A program made the position numbers and the translations under genes. A stretch of DNA of 64,000 nucleotides, from the NCBI GenBank assembly GCA_965237955.1, contig OZ250169.1, forward strand, positions 6,432,001 to 6,496,000. The letters run 5' to 3'. The notes under the pieces are model-generated. The model worked only from the letters and a program-made list of their open reading frames with translations, was not told the origin of the DNA and searched no databases. Source of the stretch: Candidatus Marinacidobacterales bacterium (lineage in GTDB: Bacteria; Acidobacteriota; Vicinamibacteria; Marinacidobacterales; SMYC01). Of this stretch, positions 55,199 to 64,000 are shown piece by piece (the stretch's first letter is position 1; the number at the start of each line of letters is the position of its first letter).

Positions 55199-56473
55199 CT
55201 ACTCAGTTTGCGGCTGCAGCTCCTGAGCAACCCGCTCGACTTCGCGCCACACGCGCAGGAGATTGCCGCTCCACAGCTTCTCGATCTGCTCTTCGGTGTA
55301 GCCCCGGCGGACGAGCTCGAGCGTCACGTTGAACGTTTCGCTCGCGTCGTTCCAACCGTCGATCCCTCCGCCACCATCGAAGTCCGAGCTGATGCCGACG
55401 TGCTCGATACCGATGAGCTCGACGGAATGATCGATGTGGTCCACGAAGTCCGACACGTTCGCCTCGGGCCACTGGCTCGCGAGCTCCGTCCGGCGGGCAC
55501 GGAGCTCCGCCTGTTTATCCTCCGGGAGCGATGCCATTCCACCCAACGAGCTGATGCCGTACTCACCTAAGAGCTCTTCCATCGCTTTTTGTTTGTCGGG
55601 CGGGTTCTTCACGAAGGTGCCGAGCGCGACCGTCTGTATGACGCCACCGTTCTCATTCAACGCCAGGAGCTGCTCGTCGTCCATGTTCCGGGGGTGATCC
55701 GACAGTGCACGGGTGCCCGAGTGCGAAGCCATGACCGGTGCCTGTGACAACCGTGCCGCATCGAGCATCGCTGCTTTCGAGATGTGGGATACGTCCACCA
55801 TGATACCCAGGCGATTCATCTCGGCAATGACCTCCTCGCCGAACGCGCTGATGCCGTCGTGCTCGGACTCGGCGTCACCAAGATCCTCGCGGGGCGTCGC
55901 GGAATCGGAGATGTCGTTGTGCCCGCCGTGAGCGAGCGTGATGTAGCGCGCTCCGAGGCCATGGTACTTCTCGAGCAAGCTCAGGTCCTTGCCGACGACG
56001 TAGCCGTTCTCGATACCAATGGTCGCCACGAGCTTTCCGCTTTCGTGGATGCGGACGACGTCGTCGGCCGTATACGCGAACTCGATACGCTCCGGATACA
56101 TCTCGTCGGACATGCGGTGGATGGCGTCGAACTTCATCATCGCATCCTGTTTCGCTTTTTCGTAGTTTTCGGGTGTCCGCTCCGTCTGCCCCACGTACAC
56201 GATGAAGAACGCGGTGTTCAGCCCACCTTCCTCCATCTTCGGCAGATCCACCTGGAAGTCACCGCGCACGCCGGGGTCGACCTCTTCGGTCGCGTAGTTG
56301 GACGGAATATCGACGTGGGTGTCGAGCGTGATCACGCGCTCGTGAATACCCCGCGCCGTCTCGACGATGGAGTCTTCGGATTCCGTTTCGGGTGCCTCGG
56401 TCGTCTCCATCGACCCGCAGGCAAGCAGGAGACAAAGCCAGAGGAGGAAAAAAACAAGGGATTTCGATTTCAT
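55199..56473 (-). CDS. Membrane dipeptidase (M19) lipoprotein
   Basis: LLAC lipobox, DTHVD, GIENG, DVSH, ASHS, HPRN, SSDFDG. Confidence 0.94.
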   Translation of the reverse strand: MKSKSLVFFLLWLCLLLACGSMETTEAPETESEDSIVETARGIHERVITLDTHVDIPSNYATEEVDPGVRGDFQVDLPKMEEGGLNTAFFIVYVGQTERTPENYEKAKQDAMMKFDAIHRMSDEMYPERIEFAYTADDVVRIHESGKLVATIGIENGYVVGKDLSLLEKYHGLGARYITLAHGGHNDISDSATPREDLGDAESEHDGISAFGEEVIAEMNRLGIMVDVSHISKAAMLDAARLSQAPVMASHSGTRALSDHPRNMDDEQLLALNENGGVIQTVALGTFVKNPPDKQKAMEELLGEYGISSLGGMASLPEDKQAELRARRTELASQWPEANVSDFVDHIDHSVELIGIEHVGISSDFDGGGGIDGWNDASETFNVTLELVRRGYTEEQIEKLWSGNLLRVWREVERVAQELQPQTE

Positions 56474-56580
56474 AACAGCGCTCCTCACGAAAAGCGGAGC
56501 TAATCTATCATGAAAAGTGCTTGCCGTTTAGCGATCCGGCTATCCGCGAGCCAGATCGTCTTGCTGCTGCGAGCGTGCGG

Positions 56581-56820
56581 CTAAAGAATGTCTTTGAGCT
56601 TCAGGCCCTGGTCGCGTAGATAGGCCATGAGGCCTTTCTTGTCGATGGTCCTGAGTGCTCGCGTCGTGAGACGGATGCGGACGGTGCGGTCGAGCTCCGG
56701 GATGTAGATGCGCTTCCACTGCAGGTTGGGCAGCTGAACCCGCCGGGTCTTGTTGTGGGCGTGGGAAACGTTGTTTCCCGCCATGGGGCCTATGCCAGTG
56801 AGCTTGCACTTGCGCGACAT
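56581..56820 (-). CDS. rpmB: 50S ribosomal protein L28
   Basis: MSRKCKLTG..GNNVSHAHNKTRR..PNLQ. Confidence 0.97.
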   Translation of the reverse strand: MSRKCKLTGIGPMAGNNVSHAHNKTRRVQLPNLQWKRIYIPELDRTVRIRLTTRALRTIDKKGLMAYLRDQGLKLKDIL

Positions 56821-56946
56821 CGTTCTCGAAACTCCTTACGTCAACAAACACGCTAGTATACTTTCTTGGGTGCTCGAGATGCAAGGCTCGGCGTGTGTTG
56901 ACTGCAAAACGTTGAATCCAAACCCGTTTTCGCCACGGAGGGCGTT

Positions 56947-57902
56947 ATGTTCGGACTGAGACCAGACAAACGAAACGACGAGGACCGCGATCTTGGCTTC
57001 GGTGCGATCGTGGCGGCGGCGGCGGCCGAGCGCCTCCTGAACCGGGACGGAAGCTTCAACTCCCGCCGGGAGGGGCTGGGATTCTTCCGCTCGCTACACC
57101 TGTTCGACACGCTCCTCACCATGTCGTGGCCTCGATTCTTGTTGCTGGTGGCCGCGACGTACCTCGTTGCCAACACGATGTTCGCCATGGCGTACCTCGC
57201 CCTCGGCCCCGGAGCTCTCGAGAGCGCTCTCGACCCCAGCCGGACGGGCTCCTTCCCTCGAGCGTTCTTCTTCAGCGTGCACACGCTGTCGACCGTCGGG
57301 TACGGGCACATCGTGCCGGCGTCCACCGCGGCGAACATTCTGATGACGCTCGAGTCTATCTTTGGAATCTTCGGCATCGCGCTCACGACCGGTCTGGTGT
57401 TCGCTCGATTTGCCCGGCCCACTGCGAAGGTACTCTTCAGCGCAAACGCTATCGTCGCTCCCTACCGCGGCGGACGCGCGCTCATGTTCCGGATCGCGAA
57501 CCAGAGAAGCACTCAGATCATCGAGCTCGAGGCGACCGTCGTCTTCAGCTGGATGGTGGACGAGGATGAGCGTCGCCTCCGCCGCTTCCATGCTTTGCCC
57601 CTCGAGCGCTCCAAAGTCGTGTTCTTCCCACTTGCGTGGACGATCGTGCATCCCACATCGACAAAGAGAGCCCGTTTTACGAGCTCACGAGCGAGGAGTG
57701 CATCCGCTCGGACGCCGAGATCATGGTGCTCTTGAAAGGGATCGATGAAACGTTTTCGCAGACGGTGCACACCCGCTCGTCGTACAAAGCGCGGGAGATG
57801 GTTTGGAGCGCGAAATTTACCGATATTTATCTACGCGAAGGCCCCAACATCGTCGGCATCGATCTCGGACGTCTGAGCCAGCTGCAACAACTTACGGCGT
57901 AG
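56947..57902 (+). CDS. Inward-rectifier (KirBac-like) K+ channel; frameshift near 57655
   Basis: FFFSVHTLSTVGYG filter, FARFARP, LMFRIANQR, WTIVHP then IDKESP..RSSY in the second frame. Confidence 0.9.
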
Positions 57903-58100
57903 CGGCGCTCACTAGCGGAATTCCCTGCTCCACCACGAGAGCGTTGAAGCTCGCGAGCTTTGGGCCGAAGAGCTCGTCCATCGCCGTCCGTTGGACGTCC
58001 AACTGCGTCATCAGGTCGCCGAACCTCTCCTCAGCCCCCTGGATGAGCCCAACTTCCGAGCGATCCGCGGCTCCGCGCAAATAGATGAAGTGATGGGCAA
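57892..58100 (-). pseudogene. Short ORF resembling the helical C-terminus of a large secreted protein
   Basis: GAEERF.DL..L..FNALV..GIPLV. Confidence 0.35.
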
Positions 58101-58138
58101 CCAAAGATAGTAAAACGGCGATTCGTTTCATCGGCTCA

Positions 58139-60811
58139 TTACTCTCTACTCGAATCGGTCTCGACGGACCACGGCATGTCCTCGAGCGTCGCACCGTGAA
58201 GCGCGTTGAAGAAAAGTTTGTAGGTACCTCTCGGCTGCCCTCGGAATTGCGGTCGGAAAGCAAACAGCACGATCTCGCCTTGACCATGACGAACCCGGAC
58301 GACCGCGCCCATGCCACCGATCTTGCTCTCTTCATCGAGCGCCCAACCGCTCATGAGAATATCCTCGTCCGCATACGTCACCACGTTCTCTACCGGAAGC
58401 GGCGGCGGTGCCTTCGTCTCTTCTTGGCCGCCTTCGCGCTCCCGTGTCAGCTCGACGATGTCGAACGCCCGAGACCGCACGAACGACACCGCGACTTCTT
58501 TCTGCATCCCCCAGGCAAGGGGATGTTCGGTGTCGACCTTGGCGCGCAAAAGCGATCCGGGAATAAAAAACTGCGACGAGTCCACGCCCGCGGTGACGTT
58601 CTCGAGCGGCAGACCGAACTGCTCGATGGCGAAATCACTAGCCCCGTCGAGTGCAACGAGTGTCCCACCGGCTTGGACGAAGCGCTCGAGCGCCATCGCA
58701 CCCGCGAGTCCCATCCCGCCAACGTAGTCGTCCGGCATCGTGCCGGTGGCGTGGCCATTCAGGATACGATCCGCACTCTGGTGTGGAAGGACGATGACGT
58801 CGAGCTCGGACAAGTCCGACCTACGCACGTCTTCGTCGTGAAGCGTCGTCAGATCGAAGTCGTACTCCTCGAGCAGCCAACGCGTCCACCCCTCATCCAT
58901 GTTGGGAACGTAGGATTTGTACACCGCGACGCGCACCGGGCGGAGCGTGTGCATGTCCACCCCCGGGCTTTCGTCGATGCCGACGAAATCGACGCCGAGG
59001 TCGCGAGCGAGCGTCTCGACACGCGCTTCGGTACCCGAGCCAGCTTCGACAAGAATGGTGCCGCGCGGATGATCGTCGCCGAACGCGTCGCCCGCCCAGT
59101 GAACGCTCTCGCCCATCGCGACAAGGCGGTTCACCGCGATGACCGAGGCGTTCGGCTGGTGGGACAGCAGATAGCCGAAACGGCCACGCGAGACTTTCCC
59201 GGGTCGCGGTGTTACGTAGTCCGCGAGCCTCTTCGCGTCAGCGTTCACGGCACTGGTGACGCGATCGACGGTAACACCCATCTGCATCGGAAGCGTCCAG
59301 CCGGTCAAATCGTAGGGGGGGTCGGGTGGGCCGTCCGGCGTTCGCCGCCGGTCGGGGTAGTCCTGGGCTTCCATCAAATCGATGACGTACGGGAGGAACG
59401 CTTGCGCACCGTTAATAATGTAGGAGCCGGCACCGTAGCGCTTCTCGTCGACGGTGAACTCACTCGACGCTCTCTCGACTTCCACACCGCCAATGAGCAA
59501 CACGTTGACGAGGTTGTCCGCCTCGCCTGGATCCCACTGGTCTTCGCTTGCAGGAATGATGTACGCGGCGGGATCGGATGCCTCGCCGCGCGCGATCGCG
59601 TCTCGCCCCATCCGGTAGATGTCGTAGAGCCACTTCTGCCGGAGATCCGCGGCGATGTCGAGAACGCCCATCGAAGCGGTGAGGGTATAGCGAACGGCAT
59701 CGCTGAGCCGAGAGTCCCCTCCCTCCCACGGGTACGGATAGAACACGTCCGTTGCCGACGTCGGCGCCTTATTCCCTCGTCGCGGGTTGCCGACGAATTC
59801 CGGACGCTTCTCCGGGTCGTAAAAGCGCGGCGTCGGCGATGCATGCGACGTTTCCGTCAAGATCCCGATCATGTTGTGGAAGTACGGGACGGTGCGCATG
59901 CCGCCGTTCCACCACATCGAGTAGATCATGTCGGAGACGACGCCGGGCATCTTCTGCATGGCGAACCGATTCGCCATCGCCGTCCCGACCATGTTGACGC
60001 CCGTGGTGACACCCGGGTGGATGTTCGGGTTCACGGGATCGGCGAACGGCGGGAGAAAGATACGTGCCCACGCCGGTCCGGTCTGATGATGGTTGTAGAC
60101 GATTTGCGGGTACCACTGCCTGTAGAGGATCTCGGTGACCGCTTTCGATTCGGGCATGTTGTTCATGAACCAGTCGCGGTTGTTGTCGTGCCCGACGTAG
60201 TGGTGGTAGAGCTCGGGCGGACGCGTCGTCTCGAACGGTGTCCCGAGATTTTTCTGGTACCAACTCGCCACGATATCGAGTCCATCCGGGTTCATGGAAG
60301 GCATGAGGAGCACGATGACGTTGTCGCGAATCTTCTGCATCTCCGCGGATTCCTCGGTCACGATGCGATACGCGAGATGCGGCATCATCTGGGAAGGCGC
60401 AACTTCGGTCGCGTGAAGTCCGGCGTCGAGCCACACGACCGCTTTGCCTTCGTCGGCCAAGCGACGGGCGGTATCGTCGTCGATGCGCGCCCGTGCCAGT
60501 GACTCGCTCATCTCGCGCCAGTCGTCGAGCCGGCGGAGATTGTCTTCGCTCGAGATGTAGAGAAGAAGCAGTGGCTTTTGTAGCACCGAGCGCCCAATCT
60601 CGACGATCTCGACACGATCGCTCTCTCGGTCGAGAGCGCGGTAGTAGTCGACGAGTTGGCCCCAGTTAGCGAGCTTGTAGTCCGAGCCCGGCTCAAACCC
60701 GATCACGTCCGCGGGACGAGGCGTCTCTCCAGAGACGACGCTCGCGGCGGCAATCGTGGCAATCGTAATGGCGGAAAAAACATTGATGCTGGCTCGATTG
60801 GATAGCAACAC
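58139..60811 (-). CDS. M14-family zinc metallopeptidase
   Basis: LHATE, NPDG, DNNRD, NHHQ; C-terminal MDEGWTRW, FRPQFR. Confidence 0.92.
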   Translation of the reverse strand: MLLSNRASINVFSAITIATIAAASVVSGETPRPADVIGFEPGSDYKLANWGQLVDYYRALDRESDRVEIVEIGRSVLQKPLLLLYISSEDNLRRLDDWREMSESLARARIDDDTARRLADEGKAVVWLDAGLHATEVAPSQMMPHLAYRIVTEESAEMQKIRDNVIVLLMPSMNPDGLDIVASWYQKNLGTPFETTRPPELYHHYVGHDNNRDWFMNNMPESKAVTEILYRQWYPQIVYNHHQTGPAWARIFLPPFADPVNPNIHPGVTTGVNMVGTAMANRFAMQKMPGVVSDMIYSMWWNGGMRTVPYFHNMIGILTETSHASPTPRFYDPEKRPEFVGNPRRGNKAPTSATDVFYPYPWEGGDSRLSDAVRYTLTASMGVLDIAADLRQKWLYDIYRMGRDAIARGEASDPAAYIIPASEDQWDPGEADNLVNVLLIGGVEVERASSEFTVDEKRYGAGSYIINGAQAFLPYVIDLMEAQDYPDRRRTPDGPPDPPYDLTGWTLPMQMGVTVDRVTSAVNADAKRLADYVTPRPGKVSRGRFGYLLSHQPNASVIAVNRLVAMGESVHWAGDAFGDDHPRGTILVEAGSGTEARVETLARDLGVDFVGIDESPGVDMHTLRPVRVAVYKSYVPNMDEGWTRWLLEEYDFDLTTLHDEDVRRSDLSELDVIVLPHQSADRILNGHATGTMPDDYVGGMGLAGAMALERFVQAGGTLVALDGASDFAIEQFGLPLENVTAGVDSSQFFIPGSLLRAKVDTEHPLAWGMQKEVAVSFVRSRAFDIVELTREREGGQEETKAPPPLPVENVVTYADEDILMSGWALDEESKIGGMGAVVRVRHGQGEIVLFAFRPQFRGQPRGTYKLFFNALHGATLEDMPWSVETDSSRE

Positions 60812-60904
60812 TGCCTCCCTAGCGATTGAATCGCGGCGATTTTACCTCAGTTGGAAGCTGGTGACTAGAAGCTGGCAGCCGAATTCACTGGCTCCCCGCT
60901 CAGT

Positions 60905-62653
60905 TCACACGATGACGGCGATGGTGACGATAACGCCGACCGTCAGCACGATCCCCAGACGCGCATAGTCAAAGAAACGGTAGCCACCCGGGCCGTAGAC
61001 CATCAAGTTCGTTTGGTAGGCAATCGGCGTCAGGAACGACGCCGACGCGGCTACCGCGACCGCTAACGCGAAGGGGCGCGCATCGACGCCAAGGTTTCCC
61101 GCTGCCGAGATCGCGATCGGGAACATCAACACCGCGGCCGCATTGTTGGTGATCAAGGAGAGCAACACGATAGTCGCCACGACGAGGCCTACGAGGACTC
61201 CGGTGGTGCCGAAGCCGCCGAACGCGCTAACGAGCGTGCCCGCGATAAAGGCGGCGAGGCCCGAGCTCTGCATCGCGGCACCGAGACCAAAAGCAGCGGC
61301 GATGACGACGATGACGTTCAGATCCACGGCACTCCGGGCGTCCCACGGGGTGAGCACGCCCGTCGCCACGAGGATCATCGCACCCAGCAGAGACAGGTGG
61401 AGGATCGGCATGAGACCCAAGGCGGCGCCCCCGACGATGAGAACAGCCACGAGCCCGACGAGCCAGGCGCGCCCAGTGGTCACGGGTGGTGCGCCACCGA
61501 GCATGGAGACGAGAAGGAAGTCGTTGCGATCGCGAAACCGGCCACGGAACTGCGGGTCGGCCAGGATCACGAGCGTGTCTCCGACCTGAAGCTTCACCTG
61601 CCCGAGCTTCGCCTTCACCCGTCCGCCGGCGCGATGGATTGCAACGACCGCGGCCTGATACTCGGCGCGGAACGAGACTTCCTTGAGTGTCCTTCCTACG
61701 AGCGGTGACACTTTGCCGACCACCGCTTCGAAAAACGTGTGGCGAGCGGTATCGAGGCCACCCGTATGCTGGTGCTCGGTCGACACCAGACCGCGCATTC
61801 CCTGAAGGTCGACCACCAGATCCGCTTTACCCACGAAGACCAGTCGATCCTCGCCGTGCAAGACGGTGCTCGGTGTCACCGGGATGATCTCGCCACGCCG
61901 ATCGACCTCGACGAGAAAAACGCCTTGAAGGTGACGAAGACCACCTTCTTCCACCGTCTTTCCGTCGAGCGGTCCACCGGGAGTCACCAGCATGTTCAGG
62001 ACGAACTCGCGAAACTCTTCGTCGAGCTCGGCACCGACACTACGGCGTTCTGGGATGAGAGCCGGCGCCAGCAACACGATGAGAGCGAGACCTATTAGCG
62101 CTACCGGCAGCCCCACTGCCGAAATCTCGAACATGCCGAGCGGGGGCTCGCCCGAGGCTTCGAGCAAGCCCGATATGACGAGGTTCGTGGACGTCCCGAT
62201 CGCGGTAGCGACTCCGCCGAGAATCGCGGCGAAGGACAAAGGCATCAGATAACGAGACGGGGACTGGCCTCGCCGCTCGGCCCACGCGCTCACTTGAGGC
62301 ACGAGCATCGCAACGATCGGGGTGTTGTTGAGAAACGCAGACGCGGCCGCGGTCGGCACGACGAGCCGGAGAAGCGAGCCCCGCCGAGAGGAGCCTTCCC
62401 CGAGCGTCGCCCCCACGAGCGGCTGGAGCGCGCCGGTCTTTTCCACCGCACGCGCGAGAACGTAGAGGGCGGCGACGGTGATCGGCGCGGGGTTGGCAAA
62501 GCCCGCGAACGCTTCCTCCGGGCTGATGACTCCCGATACGAGCAGAGCGACGACAGCACTGATGAACGTTGCCGGCGGTGGAAGCCATTCCTTCGCGAGC
62601 GCAGTGAACGTCAGAACGAGAACGACGACGGTGACACCCGCTTCCCAACCCAC
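60905..62653 (-). CDS. SLC13-family permease with TrkA-C domains
   Basis: SAFLNNTPIVA, IGTSTNL, ITNNAAA, SFLTPIAYQTNLMVYGPGGY. Confidence 0.93.
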   Translation of the reverse strand: MGWEAGVTVVVLVLTFTALAKEWLPPPATFISAVVALLVSGVISPEEAFAGFANPAPITVAALYVLARAVEKTGALQPLVGATLGEGSSRRGSLLRLVVPTAAASAFLNNTPIVAMLVPQVSAWAERRGQSPSRYLMPLSFAAILGGVATAIGTSTNLVISGLLEASGEPPLGMFEISAVGLPVALIGLALIVLLAPALIPERRSVGAELDEEFREFVLNMLVTPGGPLDGKTVEEGGLRHLQGVFLVEVDRRGEIIPVTPSTVLHGEDRLVFVGKADLVVDLQGMRGLVSTEHQHTGGLDTARHTFFEAVVGKVSPLVGRTLKEVSFRAEYQAAVVAIHRAGGRVKAKLGQVKLQVGDTLVILADPQFRGRFRDRNDFLLVSMLGGAPPVTTGRAWLVGLVAVLIVGGAALGLMPILHLSLLGAMILVATGVLTPWDARSAVDLNVIVVIAAAFGLGAAMQSSGLAAFIAGTLVSAFGGFGTTGVLVGLVVATIVLLSLITNNAAAVLMFPIAISAAGNLGVDARPFALAVAVAASASFLTPIAYQTNLMVYGPGGYRFFDYARLGIVLTVGVIVTIAVIV

Positions 62654-62665
62654 GATCGTCCCCTT

Positions 62666-63661
62666 TCAGACGCCGATGCGACTCCGCGCGAGTCGGATCG
62701 CGGACAGATACGGATCGTCGCCCCACATGCCCACGCGGCGAAGTGCGAGCGGATCGGATGTCGCATCATTTGCGCCATCCACAGTCGTGACCGCGCACCG
62801 GAAGCCCTCCTCGTTCAAAATCCGTTTCGTCCCGGCGTCGAAATCGATCGTGCGCCCGTTCGGGTAGGCGAAATCGGTGATCGTTGCGCCTAGCTCCGAT
62901 TCGATGCGCGCTTTGGAATCGCGAATTTGGCGGCGCGCCTCGTCCTCGCTCACGTGACTCAAGATTGGATGGTCCAGCGTATGAGCACCGAAGCGGATGC
63001 CGTGCTCGTTCATCTCCCTAACGTGATCCCACGTCAGTTTGTCCCAGCCCTCACGCGGCGGCGACGGGACGCCGAGCCGCTCGAGGAGAGAATCGATCGT
63101 CTCATCGCGCGTGGACGGTGTCGAGCTTCTGAGAACCGCCAACACGTTGACGAGCGCCTCGTGCTTTTCGGCGAGATCCGTCATTGGCAGCTCGGTGCCA
63201 TCGAAAGCGAGACCATCCACGCGTGTGCGATGGAACGCGTCGAACACGCGGTCGTGCCAGATCAGACGGTTGTCGTCGACCGCATCGGTAGCGAGGAAAA
63301 TTGTCGCCGGGAGTGAAAGCTCGCGCAAGATCGGAAACGCGTTCGCGTAGTTATCGCGGTAACCGTCATCGAATGTGATCGCGACGGCGTTGGCGGGAAC
63401 GTCGCCACTAGCCGCGCGCTCGACGAGCTCGTCGAGAAAGAACACCGCGAATCCTTCGCGCAACACTTGCAGTTGTTCGCGAAAAAGCGCCGTCGGCGTC
63501 CCTCCGAAAAACGGATGTCCACTGTCGTTCACACGGTGGTAGCACAGAACAAGGAAACGCCTGGGTTTCGTCAGCGCGAGCGTCATCCTCAACAACGCGG
63601 GCGTGCGTGCGAGCCGCCCCCCGAGTCGTCCAATGATGCGACGTGGTATCGTGCCTGCCAT
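62666..63661 (-). CDS. Polysaccharide deacetylase
   Basis: LCYHRV, ITFDDGYRDN, GAHT..HPIL, FAYPNG. Confidence 0.93.
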   Translation of the reverse strand: MAGTIPRRIIGRLGGRLARTPALLRMTLALTKPRRFLVLCYHRVNDSGHPFFGGTPTALFREQLQVLREGFAVFFLDELVERAASGDVPANAVAITFDDGYRDNYANAFPILRELSLPATIFLATDAVDDNRLIWHDRVFDAFHRTRVDGLAFDGTELPMTDLAEKHEALVNVLAVLRSSTPSTRDETIDSLLERLGVPSPPREGWDKLTWDHVREMNEHGIRFGAHTLDHPILSHVSEDEARRQIRDSKARIESELGATITDFAYPNGRTIDFDAGTKRILNEEGFRCAVTTVDGANDATSDPLALRRVGMWGDDPYLSAIRLARSRIGV

Positions 63662-63702
63662 CTTCACGTATCATCGTACTCGAAGTGGCATTCTCATCGT
63701 TT

Positions 63703-64000
63703 ATGGCGTTTCTCGACATCGCACAAGACCCGGAAAAAGCCGACGCGATTTTCGTATTCGCTGGACGAGAGGAGCGTAAGCGCCTGGGTGTCGAGTTATT
63801 CGGTTCCGGCTACGCGCCCCGACTCATTCTCAGCGTCGCACGGTTCGAGTGGAGGCACTTCGAAACGTTGGGACTTTGGAGTGATGGTGGCCTCGTCGAC
63901 ATGGTGCAAACCATCCACGCGCCCGAGCGCCATTTTTTCGTGCACATCGAGCGTGACCGCGCAAGCTGCGACGCCGTGCACAAGGGACGACTCGGAACGA
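63703..64000 (+). CDS. YdcF/DUF218-like protein, partial at window end
   Basis: Manual translation PEKADAIFVFAGREERKRLGVELF..GYAPRLILS. Confidence 0.7.
   Translation, partial: MAFLDIAQDPEKADAIFVFAGREERKRLGVELFGSGYAPRLILSVARFEWRHFETLGLWSDGGLVDMVQTIHAPERHFFVHIERDRASCDAVHKGRLGT

Noticed and set aside
58196-60502. 768-aa plus-strand ORF, and similar long ORFs such as 8300-9739, 18008-18925 and 21959-23020
   Set aside because: Antisense shadows of well-supported genes in GC-rich DNA, with no motifs.

Overview
GC-rich bacterial DNA; several proteins suggest Acidobacteriota (inference only). Positions 1-52 kb show massive IS invasion and gene decay: three IS21 copies, two IS630, several IS3, IS256, IS5/IS903-group, IS1182, remnants of IS481, IS6 and ISKra4, a 2.9-kb IS1-family element with cargo genes, a class C group II intron remnant and several tiny IR-bounded elements. 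Many are nested, and target-site duplications allow the interrupted genes to be rebuilt in frame (Ser/Thr kinase-Cache sensor, DUF1570-TPR protein, radical SAM enzyme, IS3 orfB). Host genes include an ECF sigma/kinase pair, a GRDP/TIGR04222 pair, an Nramp transporter, an S9 peptidase, an arylsulfotransferase, a CarF/TMEM189-like desaturase, kptA, rpmB, a Kir-type K+ channel, M14 and M19 peptidases, an SLC13 permease and a polysaccharide deacetylase. Most notable: (1) the IS1-family element carries a promoter-driven rod-like RNA candidate and five small ORFs; (2) two IS21 copies share a cut-and-invert rearrangement of the IstB Walker B motif, implying mobilisation in trans; (3) a 33-bp palindrome made only of IS1-like ends with an 8-bp target duplication. 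No CRISPR array, complete tRNA or rRNA was seen. All family calls are from motif recognition, not database searches.
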